Shown here: piece after piece, positions 16,756-26,142 of the stretch
How the letters are laid out: the number at the start of each line of letters is the position of its first letter
Numbering within the stretch: the stretch's first letter is position 1
Assembly: GCA_963977445.1 (NCBI GenBank)
Contig: CAXBPH010000033.1
Span: 1-37,860, forward strand
DNA length: 37,860 nt
Source: an uncultured bacterium
Lineage (GTDB): Bacteria; Hydrogenedentota; Hydrogenedentia; Hydrogenedentales; JAEUWI01
Direction: 5' to 3'
Notes under the pieces: model-generated
The model's input: only the letters and a program-made list of their open reading frames with translations
Told to the model about the DNA's origin: nothing
Databases searched by the model: none
Translations under genes and position numbers: made by a program

Positions 16756-18063
16756 TTACTCGTGTCGCAGGGCTTCCACGGGGTCCATCGTCGCGGCGCG
16801 TACTGCCGGATAGATTCCGAAGATTATCCCGACGATCCCCGAAATGGTAAAGGCCAGGATGGGGCCTTCAGGGGTGACAATCGTCTTCATCTCCGTAAAG
16901 GAGCCGATGGCAATGGGAATTACAATACCCACCGCGACCCCAAGGGCGCCGCCCGTGGCAGAGAGTAAAACCGTCTCAATCAGGAACTGGGTGATAATGT
17001 CCCGGTGTTTGGCACCCAGTGCACGACGGATACCGATTTCACGGGTACGTTCGGTTACACTGGCCAACATGATATTCATGATGCCAATGCCGCCAACCAG
17101 CAGTGAAATGGCCGCAATGGAGCCCAGAAGGATATTAAAGGTCCGCGCAGTTTCTTCCGCCGAGCGGAGCAGCTCCAAGGGAACCTCGAGTTCGAAATCC
17201 CGTTTCTTATGATTACGTGAAAGGATATCTTCGATGATGAGGGCGATCTCCTCGACCTCATCTTGATCTTCTACCTGAATAACAGCCTCGTGCAACTCAA
17301 CTTTTTCATTCTCGAAACTGCCACTGCTTTGTTTGCGCAGGACCTCTCCGAATCGTGCGCGGGCCGTGGTGAGGGGAATATACACCCGATCGAGATTGCT
17401 GCCTTCATCAGACGAACCTGGACGCCCGGACTCTACGTCGATGACGCCAATAACTTTATAATAGTCACTTTCGACCCGAATCCGTCGACCGATGGGGTTC
17501 GTCAGGGGAAAAAGCGCTGGTGCGATTGAGGCGCTCAACACGCAAACGTTTTCTTTTTCGTCACTCTCCAGCTCCGAAAAAAAACGCCCCTCCGCCAATT
17601 GCAGCTTTTTCATTTCTGGAAACCAAGGGACCGTTCCGATGATGTCGGCGTCCGCCCGCTGGGTCGCATTCCAGATACGTTTCCGCATAATTCGATTCGG
17701 CACCACAACCGTGACACCGGGTATCGTACCTCGGATACGTTCCAGATCGTCGTAGACCAGACCATATTCGATGACATAGGTCTGCTCCGCTGAATTACTC
17801 TGGGATTCCGGCGGTTTCACACTCCGTAGAATGATGTTATTGCTACCCAGTCTGCGAATCTGCTCCTGGGCCTCAAAACTTGCGCCTTCCCCAACGGCCA
17901 GCATGGCAATAACGGAACACACACCAAAAACGATGCCCAACACGGTAAGCAACGAACGGAGTCGATGGAGCCAGAGGCTCTTGAAGCCCAGAATTACGGT
18001 ACGGCGGAGTCGGGCGGGCGAAAGCGGGTTGGCGTTGCGACCTTGCAGTAATCGGCTATCCAT
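16756..18063 (-). CDS. MacB/FtsX-like ABC transporter permease
   Basis: RSLLTVLGIVFGV, ISLLVGGIGIMNIMLASVTERTREIGIRRALGA, GIYPA.RAA.MDPVEALRHE. Start overlaps the ATPase stop. Confidence 0.94.
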   Translation of the reverse strand: MDSRLLQGRNANPLSPARLRRTVILGFKSLWLHRLRSLLTVLGIVFGVCSVIAMLAVGEGASFEAQEQIRRLGSNNIILRSVKPPESQSNSAEQTYVIEYGLVYDDLERIRGTIPGVTVVVPNRIMRKRIWNATQRADADIIGTVPWFPEMKKLQLAEGRFFSELESDEKENVCVLSASIAPALFPLTNPIGRRIRVESDYYKVIGVIDVESGRPGSSDEGSNLDRVYIPLTTARARFGEVLRKQSSGSFENEKVELHEAVIQVEDQDEVEEIALIIEDILSRNHKKRDFELEVPLELLRSAEETARTFNILLGSIAAISLLVGGIGIMNIMLASVTERTREIGIRRALGAKHRDIITQFLIETVLLSATGGALGVAVGIVIPIAIGSFTEMKTIVTPEGPILAFTISGIVGIIFGIYPAVRAATMDPVEALRHE

Positions 18064-18754
18064 TGCGAATATCCGATTCAAGCAGGCCGTCACGGAGGCG
18101 AATTACCCGTTGAGAATGGCGCCCGATTTCGTCGTCGTGGGTAACCATGATAATGGTCTTCCCCTGCTCGTGAAGTTCATCAAACAGATCCAGAATCTCT
18201 GCGCCTGATCGGGAGTCCAGATTACCGGTGGGCTCATCGGCCAGCAACACGATAGGGTCATTGACCAGGGCGCGGGCGATGCCCACCCGCTGCTGCTGTC
18301 CACCAGACAACTCAAAGGGTTTGTGATCAAGCCGATGACCCAGGCCTACTTTGGATGCCATTTCAATGGCAATTTCACGACTGATTTCGGCGGCCACACC
18401 CTGGTAGTAGAGGGGTACCTCTATATTTTCAATTACAGTGAGCTGCTGAATGAGGTTGTAGGACTGAAAAATAAAGCCGAGCTTTTCGCCCCGCACTTCG
18501 GAGAGATTGTCGTCTTCCATCTTGGACACGTCGATATCGCCCAGAATATAGTGACCCGAGGAAGGCCGGTCGAGACAACCGAGTATATTCAACATGGTCG
18601 ACTTGCCGCAGCCTGAAGGTCCCATGATGGCGACATATTCGCCTTCGAGAATATCCAGGTCGATCCCGCCGAGGGCATCGAGGGTCTCCGAACCCATCTG
18701 GTAGGTCTTACGAACTTTTTCCAAACGGGCTATACTTGCAAGGGCGACAGACAT
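18056..18754 (-). CDS. ABC transporter ATP-binding protein (MacB/LolD-like)
   Basis: Walker [10 protein letters not shown], signature LSGGQQQRV, Walker [17 protein letters not shown]. Confidence 0.96.
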   Translation of the reverse strand: MSVALASIARLEKVRKTYQMGSETLDALGGIDLDILEGEYVAIMGPSGCGKSTMLNILGCLDRPSSGHYILGDIDVSKMEDDNLSEVRGEKLGFIFQSYNLIQQLTVIENIEVPLYYQGVAAEISREIAIEMASKVGLGHRLDHKPFELSGGQQQRVGIARALVNDPIVLLADEPTGNLDSRSGAEILDLFDELHEQGKTIIMVTHDDEIGRHSQRVIRLRDGLLESDIRNG

Positions 18755-20553
18755 CAGGCGGCCTTTTCCTCCTTGGTGTTTTTATTAGCTTTGGCCGATT
18801 CTTCGGGCGCTTCCGGGGCAGCTTCCGGCAATTTGTTTTCTTCCTCATCACCACGATTGGCCGATGACGGTGCGCGAAGCGCTACCACGTCTCCAACGTC
18901 GATACCCGATTTAATCTCGATGAAGGTGGTGCTGAATGGCCCTACCTCGACAACACGTCGTTCCATGCCTTTGTCCGCGAGGTACACGGCCGTTTGGCCA
19001 TTTTCCTGGGAAACCGCCTGAAGCGGCACGAGCACCACATCTTTCACCGTCTCGATGATAATCTCACCTTCCGCGCTCATGCCCGGTTTCAGCCAGTCAT
19101 ACTGTCCTTCGATGAGGATGGATGTGGCGTATACTTTTAGATCGGGATTCATCCAGCGGTTCTGTGAGTCTGGGAGCACCCCAATTTTGAAGACCTCACC
19201 CTCTATCTGTAAATCAGGAAAGGCATCCACCCGAACGCGCGCGCGTTGCCCTTTCTCGATACGTTTCACAAAGGATTCATGAATCTTCACCTCAACCGTC
19301 ATCTGGGTCGTGTCGGGAATGGTGATGATAGACTGGCGTTCACGAATGGATGCACCCTCTTCAATACGGTCGTTATTTCGGTAGTAGTTCCGATTACCTT
19401 CACCATATATCACCAGCCCCGGCTTGGTCGCACGAATGATGCACTTTTCAATCTGTTCATTGAGCTCATCCCGATTCCGGCTCTGGAGCTCAAATCGTGC
19501 TTCCGCAGAGTTTAATTTGGCATCTGCCTGCGCCAGTTTCGACACGGCCAATTTTCGGGCACGTTGTAGTTTGCGGAGTGATTCTTCGTAATCGGAGAGC
19601 AATTTCTCGGCCTGTTTAGGAAACTCATATTTTACGTACAGATCAATATCCGTTTCGGCCGATGCCTTACTGATGGTCTTACGTTTCACGGCGAGTTCAT
19701 CGTTGTCTAACTCAATCTTGGTTACGAAATCTTTCGCGAAGAGCCGCTTTGTGCCATCCAGCTTGGACTCCGCCAACCCGACATCCTCCTGGGCCAAATC
19801 TACATCGTCATGGAGCTTCAGCAGCATTTGTCGTGCTTCACCATCGCCGAGTGACTCGGGGCGTGTATATTGGGAGAAATCGATATTCATGTCGGATTGC
19901 GAGTTACTCTCCAATTGTATTTTACCGGTCTCGGGATCCCGCGCCACGGCGGGCGAAACACTGGCAACCGCTTCGGGTGCAGGCTCGCGCTCACTGCCTG
20001 CCGCTTCAGCAAGCTGACTTTCGAGGAAACTTGTTTCCACCTTGGATGCCACTTCCGACGCCACGCCTTCACCGAGGAATTTTTTCAAATCCATAAGGGC
20101 AAATTTACTACCGAGTTCTGCCGCCTTGACGTCACTCAGGTTCTGGTTGATCTGGATTCCATATTCTTCCCGGGCTTCCGTAAAGCTGGCGAGTGAATTC
20201 TGGAATTGCAGCTCTTGCTCCGTCTGTCGGTCCAGCAGCTCCTTCGAGTCCAGTTCCACGAGAACCTTACCCTGCGCAACATCTTCCGCGGTTACGGTAT
20301 AGCCCTCTTCGACGATGGTCAGTATCTTTGTCTGCCCCTGAACCTCGGACTTGAGCTCTTGCGATTCTTTTGCCTCGACACTGCCCCCCTCCACCACCGT
20401 AATCTCCAGATCGCCCCGAATTGCGGCAAAGGTGGTGCCACGGCTCATTTGGGTCTCACCGTCCCCGCCGAAAATCAGATAGCCAGAAAACCCGACAAGG
20501 GCCAGAACAGCCACCACGAGATATCGACGCTTCATCTTTTTCTTGTCTGCCAT
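18754..20553 (-). CDS. Efflux periplasmic adaptor (MacA/HlyD family) with long coiled-coil
   Basis: N-terminal TM segment, lipoyl-like half domains (VEEG..V...GKVLVELD; IRATKPGLV), LKPGMSAEGEI, VLVPLQAV. AGGA precedes ATG 20553. Confidence 0.88.
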   Translation of the reverse strand: MADKKKMKRRYLVVAVLALVGFSGYLIFGGDGETQMSRGTTFAAIRGDLEITVVEGGSVEAKESQELKSEVQGQTKILTIVEEGYTVTAEDVAQGKVLVELDSKELLDRQTEQELQFQNSLASFTEAREEYGIQINQNLSDVKAAELGSKFALMDLKKFLGEGVASEVASKVETSFLESQLAEAAGSEREPAPEAVASVSPAVARDPETGKIQLESNSQSDMNIDFSQYTRPESLGDGEARQMLLKLHDDVDLAQEDVGLAESKLDGTKRLFAKDFVTKIELDNDELAVKRKTISKASAETDIDLYVKYEFPKQAEKLLSDYEESLRKLQRARKLAVSKLAQADAKLNSAEARFELQSRNRDELNEQIEKCIIRATKPGLVIYGEGNRNYYRNNDRIEEGASIRERQSIITIPDTTQMTVEVKIHESFVKRIEKGQRARVRVDAFPDLQIEGEVFKIGVLPDSQNRWMNPDLKVYATSILIEGQYDWLKPGMSAEGEIIIETVKDVVLVPLQAVSQENGQTAVYLADKGMERRVVEVGPFSTTFIEIKSGIDVGDVVALRAPSSANRGDEEENKLPEAAPEAPEESAKANKNTKEEKAA

Positions 20554-20560
20554 ATTTTCC

Positions 20561-22435
20561 TCAGCTTTCACGACGGTAGTCATCAGAGATTTCCTCCCAC
20601 TGACCATCTTCTTTAATATAGAGAATACCCATATCCAACCAGAACTGAAGTCGGGCCAGCGTATGACTGATTAACGCACCCGTGAGCTCATTCTGGGACT
20701 GGGTTAAATTATTCTGCGCATCTACCTGGTCCAGGGCAGAACCCCGACCCAATTCGGCTAGCAGTTCCTGTTCTTCAACACGCCGAAGGTTCAAATCCAC
20801 GCTCTTTTGAGAAATGAGGTAATTGCGGCGTGCCGCCTCCAGATTTCTCCAGGATTTACGAACATCCAACGAAATAGCATCTTCCGCGAGCGTTAATTCG
20901 CGTTCCGCCCGCTCATAGGCAATCAACGCCCGACGATAACTATTTCGCTCCGATTTCCTATCAAATGGCAGGTCCACATCAAGGCCCGCGCTCCAATTGG
21001 TCCGCCGAAAATCAAGGCGCTGGGCGTTATCGTCGCCTACGGAGCGCACGGAAGCGTCGGCGACCAGATCCACGTCGGGAAGTAGACTGTTTGCGGCCAC
21101 ATCGACGATACGGGCGGCATCTTCCACTTCATCTCGTACGGTGTAAAGATCGAGGCGCGCATTGAAGGCAACCTCCACGGCATCTTCCATCGGAATGGTG
21201 GGGTGCTTGAGGCCCGCCTGGCTGAGAGAATCCAATTCATGGCTATCGAGAACGATGTCGCTGGCCGTAGACAGACCCAGCAGAATCTTGAATTCATCCA
21301 ACCCTTCTCGGTAGCTCCGAACGGAGTTGATCCATCGATTCTCTGCATTCAACACCGCCGCCTCCTGACGCCCCACGCTCGCCAGGGTACTCCGACCTTC
21401 TACCGCGAAGTCCCCTTCACGCTCGGCATTCCGCTTAAAATTCTGGTAGCTGTTCCAATTGTTTCTTACCGTATCAAGATCCTGCAGGATGCGGTAATAG
21501 GAGGCGCAAACCTCAAAGGCGAATTGCTTCCGAAAACGACTGAAGTCCCGGAGACTGTAGAGCACGTCGCGCTCCGCTTGCGTCAAACGCTCTGCAGCCA
21601 CCTTGGAACCGGCCCCACGCAGCAAGGGTTGGGTCAGCGATCCCGAAAGTACGGAAGAACTGAAGGTACCCGTATCCCCCGCCAGGAAACGCAAAAAATT
21701 CGACGTCAGATTCAACGCGATCTGACCACCACCTTCGGTCAGCCAATTCACACCAACGGAGCTCCGACCCGTCGCCGAGCGATCACTTACAAACTCACGC
21801 TCTGTCCCCGTAAGTCCGGCAACGTCTCCTGCCTTCTCAACGAGTTCGGCATAGGCGTTTAGAACATCCGCCGAGGTACCGGTCAGGGCTTCCAGATCTT
21901 TGATGATCGCTCCGCCTGTCGCAAGGGCCTTGGTTAAATCCGTTGATTCCGTAATATTGGTTGTAGTGCGCCCGTAGTCACCGGATAGGCCACCAGAGAA
22001 AATGGGCGTGTAGCGATGTCGGTCCAACGTAAGGGACAACGCCGAAAGATAGAGGTTTTCTTTCCGGTTCTGATAGGTTCGGCTATTCGTAACAGCCAGC
22101 GCCAAGGCCTTTTCAAGGGACAGTACGGCCGCACCCACATCGCCGTTCCCTGTATCGCCCAGGGCCTCTTCCGTCATCTCATTGTGGGGCAGACCTTCCA
22201 GGACATCGACTTTCTCGGGTGATTCGATACTGAAATCTTCGGTCATCCCGACGACTTCGGGGGATTTTTCCTCGAGAATCTCATAGACCTCGCGATCAGC
22301 ACGTTCTTTGTAATGTGTCGTGGTGCACGCGGAAAGGGTGAGGCAGAGTACAGCAGCCAATAGGCCCGTAGATGTGCGCCTACCCATGCACGTAGCCGAA
22401 AATGAAAGCATAGTTTTATTACCAAGGTACTTCAT
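20561..22435 (-). CDS. TolC-family outer membrane efflux lipoprotein
   Basis: Lipobox LSAC, LSLEKALALAVTNS, LTQPLLRG and amphipathic helical repeats typical of OEP proteins. First gene of the efflux operon; exact start uncertain. Confidence 0.85.
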   Translation of the reverse strand: MKYLGNKTMLSFSATCMGRRTSTGLLAAVLCLTLSACTTTHYKERADREVYEILEEKSPEVVGMTEDFSIESPEKVDVLEGLPHNEMTEEALGDTGNGDVGAAVLSLEKALALAVTNSRTYQNRKENLYLSALSLTLDRHRYTPIFSGGLSGDYGRTTTNITESTDLTKALATGGAIIKDLEALTGTSADVLNAYAELVEKAGDVAGLTGTEREFVSDRSATGRSSVGVNWLTEGGGQIALNLTSNFLRFLAGDTGTFSSSVLSGSLTQPLLRGAGSKVAAERLTQAERDVLYSLRDFSRFRKQFAFEVCASYYRILQDLDTVRNNWNSYQNFKRNAEREGDFAVEGRSTLASVGRQEAAVLNAENRWINSVRSYREGLDEFKILLGLSTASDIVLDSHELDSLSQAGLKHPTIPMEDAVEVAFNARLDLYTVRDEVEDAARIVDVAANSLLPDVDLVADASVRSVGDDNAQRLDFRRTNWSAGLDVDLPFDRKSERNSYRRALIAYERAERELTLAEDAISLDVRKSWRNLEAARRNYLISQKSVDLNLRRVEEQELLAELGRGSALDQVDAQNNLTQSQNELTGALISHTLARLQFWLDMGILYIKEDGQWEEISDDYRRES

Positions 22436-22618
22436 AGGATTCCTGGCCGTTAGAAAATCGCACCAACCGCGTGTCGTTAATGGTGCCGGGTGCGCGCTCT
22501 CCACGTCGGGGTCCTGACAGCGAACAACACCTGATAACGCATTAAGACGATTAAACCCCGATAATGCAGTTTAGTTCCCGGAGAATCTCTCGATCCCGAT
22601 TTGCCCGCCGAGGCCGCA

Positions 22619-23572
22619 TCAATCCGGTTGCTGAGCCGCCTCGTCAACCGCCGAGAAAAAGTCTCGAACTGCAACGATATCAGCCCCGATGGCCGCGATC
22701 AATGTTGATAAATCGGGAAATTTCGCTTCACCGCGAAGGCGATGAAAAAGATCGATCGATAACTCCTGCCCAACGAGGTCCGTGTCCACATCCAACACAT
22801 GAACTTCGATCATTGGACTCGTGTGCTCGAGGGTTGGTGCCACTCCGATATTTACCGCACCGAGGGCCTGGTTGTCGCCCCAATAGACCCGGGCGCCATA
22901 AATGCCGAAATTCGGTAGCAGTTTCTCTGGGGGCATGATATTGGCCGTAGGAAAGCCGAGACCGCGCCCAAGGCCTCGTCCCCTGACAACGGTGCCGGTA
23001 AGCCGGTAAGGACGCCCCAGAAGCGCATGTACGCGCTCCATGTCTCCCTGTCGCACTCCGTTCCGAATCTCCGTGCTGCTGATACGCATGCCACCGGAAT
23101 CGGAGCACGGCGGCAACTGCACCACATCAAGTCCCAATTCAATGGACACTTCGGACAGATAGGAAAAATCTCCCCGAGCCCCTGCACCAAACGTGAAGTC
23201 GTGTCCTACCACCAGGCACTGCGCACCACAATGTTTAAGCACGATATGCCGCAGAAATTCTTCGCGATCCATTCGGGCAATACGTGCGTCAAAAGGCAAG
23301 ACGAAATAGGCATCAAGTCCAGCCGTGGAAAGGAGCTGCTCTTTTTCCGTCGGTGAGGTCAGCTGTGCGGGGGCATCTTCGGGGTTGAAGAAGGCACGGG
23401 GATGAGGCCAGAGACTCATCAGGCCCGATGAACCTCCCCGTTCACGAGCGATACGGTTCACTTCATCAAGAACGTATTGATGTCCCCGGTGAACGCCGTC
23501 AAAACTTCCAATGGTAAGCACAAGGTCGGGAATGGAACACGCGCATGTTGTTATGTCCTCGAACACCTGCAT
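22619..23572 (-). CDS. ribF: Bifunctional riboflavin kinase/FAD synthetase
   Basis: TIGSFDGVHRGHQ, VVGHDFTFG, ISSTEIR, GRGLGFPTAN, NIG.APT, EVHVLD, RLRGE.KF. Confidence 0.96.
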   Translation of the reverse strand: MQVFEDITTCACSIPDLVLTIGSFDGVHRGHQYVLDEVNRIARERGGSSGLMSLWPHPRAFFNPEDAPAQLTSPTEKEQLLSTAGLDAYFVLPFDARIARMDREEFLRHIVLKHCGAQCLVVGHDFTFGAGARGDFSYLSEVSIELGLDVVQLPPCSDSGGMRISSTEIRNGVRQGDMERVHALLGRPYRLTGTVVRGRGLGRGLGFPTANIMPPEKLLPNFGIYGARVYWGDNQALGAVNIGVAPTLEHTSPMIEVHVLDVDTDLVGQELSIDLFHRLRGEAKFPDLSTLIAAIGADIVAVRDFFSAVDEAAQQPD

Positions 23573-23609
23573 TATGCTTGATCCATTGCCTTGTTTGGGT
23601 ATCCCGGTG

Positions 23610-24512
23610 CTATTGCGATTCGGAATGAAAGACCCGCTTGGGATAGACAAGTGTTTCCCCGGGGGTGGATTCTACCTGAGCGAGAGCAAGGAGGTCGCCT
23701 GCTGTATTCTTGATCTGCAACCAACCCGACATAACCGGACAACCCTCCAGAAGATCACTGCTACGGAGGGTACCACCATTGGACAATATTTTCATGGCCT
23801 CCGGATCGAGAATCCCCATCGGTAGCTCCAGGGCATCGCCCATGGGTAACAGACGTGCGGCAACCGAATCGGGGTCAGAAAGACCCTCTAACGTAATACT
23901 GTTATCTACGTGATGCCTGCCCACCGCGATACGTCGCAATGAAGCGAGTACGGCACCACAGCCGACGACCGCTCCCACATCGTGACAGAGACTGCGTACA
24001 TAGGTGCCACTGGAACAGGCGACCCGAACCAACGCATCGGGAGACTCGAAGGAGAGCACATCGAAGGCATCGACCACGACACTGCGTGCAGGTCGATCAA
24101 CCACTTCGCCTTTACGGGCTTTTTTGTAGAGACGCTCGCCACCAATTCGGACGGCACTCACCATAGGTGGAATCTGTTCGATTGGACCGACAAATTTGTC
24201 GCATTCCGCCTGAATGGTATCGCGATCCAACGCAGGTACGGGGGACTCGGATACGGTTTCGCCTTCAAGATCGTAGCTTGACGTCGTAATACCGAGACGC
24301 ATGGTCCCTTCGTAGACTTTACCCAACGCGGTAAAATGCTCCGAAAGACGGGTGGCCGAGCCCAGGCACAGGATTAATAATCCCGTCGCCGCCGGGTCCA
24401 GGGTTCCGGTATGACCGATACGTCGCATCTGAGCGATTTTGCGAACTTTGTCCACAACGTCATGGGAGGTCATTCCAGAGGGTTTGTCGACCAGAAGAAT
24501 GCCATTCATCAA
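23610..24512 (-). CDS. truB: tRNA pseudouridine(55) synthase
   Basis: DKPSGMTSHDVV, GHTGTLDP.ATGLL, QIPPMVSA, CSSGTYVRSL. Confidence 0.97.
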   Translation of the reverse strand: MMNGILLVDKPSGMTSHDVVDKVRKIAQMRRIGHTGTLDPAATGLLILCLGSATRLSEHFTALGKVYEGTMRLGITTSSYDLEGETVSESPVPALDRDTIQAECDKFVGPIEQIPPMVSAVRIGGERLYKKARKGEVVDRPARSVVVDAFDVLSFESPDALVRVACSSGTYVRSLCHDVGAVVGCGAVLASLRRIAVGRHHVDNSITLEGLSDPDSVAARLLPMGDALELPMGILDPEAMKILSNGGTLRSSDLLEGCPVMSGWLQIKNTAGDLLALAQVESTPGETLVYPKRVFHSESQ

Positions 24513-25849
24513 TCGAGGGATCCCACCATATCGTCTAAGCGGGCCAAGACCTGCTCCATGGCGGACTCCAGAGACTCGCTCATGGTGACGCCCGCTGCAG
24601 CTGCGTGACCGCCACCGCCGAACTCCCGAAGAAACTCTGCGGCGTTAAAGGTCTTGTCGGAACGTACGCTGGCCTTGGTGGTGTCTTCATCGACACCCGT
24701 AAACAGAATGCCGGCAACTACGCCTTCCGTGCTGCGGAGGAAATTAACAAGACCATTCAGATCTTCTTTTTTTCCGCCGGCCGCTTCTACGTCTTCAAGG
24801 GTCACGTAGGAGGTAGCGACTTTGCCGTCACAACGGTAGATCATGCGATCCAGGACCAGCATAAGCAGCGACATTTTAGCCCGTGAATTACGTTCAAAAA
24901 TCTCACTGCAAATCGTGGCATGCTCTATCGGGGTTTCGAGCAGGGTAGCGGCAATTCGATGGGACCGCGCGTTCGTATTTGAATAGCGATATCCACCTGT
25001 ATCGGTCACCTGCGCCACATAGGCACAATGGGCGGCCTCCGTAGACATGGCTTTGCCGGATTCGGTAAACAGCTCGACAATAATTTCACCGGTGGCGGCG
25101 TAGCTGGCATCCACAAAGCCGGACGTACCTTCCGGCTCTTCTTCTAGGTGGTGGTCGATGATGAGAATCTTTTTACCGTCTGGAATATGCTTGACCACAT
25201 CGCCAATGCGACCCAATCGGGAAACATCGACAATCACGGCCAATTCGTACTCGGGAATTTCTGCTTTCGGAGTTTTGATCTCCGAGGCACCCGGCAAACT
25301 GGCATAGACTTCCGGCACGGGATCCGCCAACATACACGTGATGTCCCGTTTACCCAATGTCTGGAGAAGATACTTTAGCGCCAACATGCTCCCTACGGCA
25401 TCGCCGTCGGGGCTGACGTGACTGGTAATCAGAAAGGAATTGGACGACTTGAGTTCGTCCAGGACCGCAGGAAGTGCTATGGCATTCATGGGCTCTCCTT
25501 CGCGTTCGTCGCGAATCTCTTCAAAAACCTTTTCCAACGCATAGACGTTGTCCAAGGTTTGATCCGCGCGAAAACGTATTTCGGGGGTAAAACGAAGTCG
25601 GACCGCCCGCCCCACTTCCCGGCGAATCCACCCCGAGGAGTTCTGCAGGGCGATCAGGGAGCCTTTACGCTCTTTTTCCGAGCCATAGAGGCTCACATTG
25701 ACCGTCGCATAGTGGAGATCTTTCGACATCTCCACTTCCATTACCGACACGAAGCCGATACGGGGGTCTTTGAGCCCTTTTGTAAGCAGGCCGGCGATCT
25801 CTTGTCTGATGAGTTCCCCTACCCGTTGTCCACGTCCTTTTGTACTCAT
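24509..25849 (-). CDS. rbfA: Fusion of 30S ribosome-binding factor RbfA (aa 1-~115) and a DHH/DHHA1 phosphoesterase (NrnA-like nanoRNase/pAp phosphatase)
   Basis: N-terminal LKDPRIGFVSV.EV.MSKDL..A.V and RLRFTPEI.F..D. C-terminal SH.SPDGDAVGS, IDHH, DTGGYRY, SVRS, GGGGHAAAAG. One uninterrupted frame. Confidence 0.92.
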   Translation of the reverse strand: MSTKGRGQRVGELIRQEIAGLLTKGLKDPRIGFVSVMEVEMSKDLHYATVNVSLYGSEKERKGSLIALQNSSGWIRREVGRAVRLRFTPEIRFRADQTLDNVYALEKVFEEIRDEREGEPMNAIALPAVLDELKSSNSFLITSHVSPDGDAVGSMLALKYLLQTLGKRDITCMLADPVPEVYASLPGASEIKTPKAEIPEYELAVIVDVSRLGRIGDVVKHIPDGKKILIIDHHLEEEPEGTSGFVDASYAATGEIIVELFTESGKAMSTEAAHCAYVAQVTDTGGYRYSNTNARSHRIAATLLETPIEHATICSEIFERNSRAKMSLLMLVLDRMIYRCDGKVATSYVTLEDVEAAGGKKEDLNGLVNFLRSTEGVVAGILFTGVDEDTTKASVRSDKTFNAAEFLREFGGGGHAAAAGVTMSESLESAMEQVLARLDDMVGSLD

Positions 25850-26127
25850 AACATCTCAATCTGGTAGTCGACGATACTGGCGCCGACGCGCGTTTCTATG
25901 AAACGGCCAATCCCAGTGAGTTGGGAGTTGGCGTGCTTCGATTCATTGGAGACCACAACGGCGGTCAAACGTGCCCGCTGTCGCAGGTCTTGATAGGCCG
26001 TTTCTGCGATGGCGCAATTGAAACGGCTGCGAATCTGGTCCTTGAAGTCCTTCACGACCCGCCGCCTATCCTTTAGCGAACGGGCCCCTTCAATGAGGAA
26101 ATTGACGTGAAGAACACCAATAGTCAC
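25846..26127 (-). CDS. DUF503 (YlxP-like) protein
   Basis: SLKDRRRVVK...R.RFN.AIAE...QD..QRA motif; usual position between infB and rbfA. Confidence 0.88.
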   Translation of the reverse strand: MTIGVLHVNFLIEGARSLKDRRRVVKDFKDQIRSRFNCAIAETAYQDLRQRARLTAVVVSNESKHANSQLTGIGRFIETRVGASIVDYQIEML

Positions 26128-26142
26128 AGAACTCCTGGCCTA

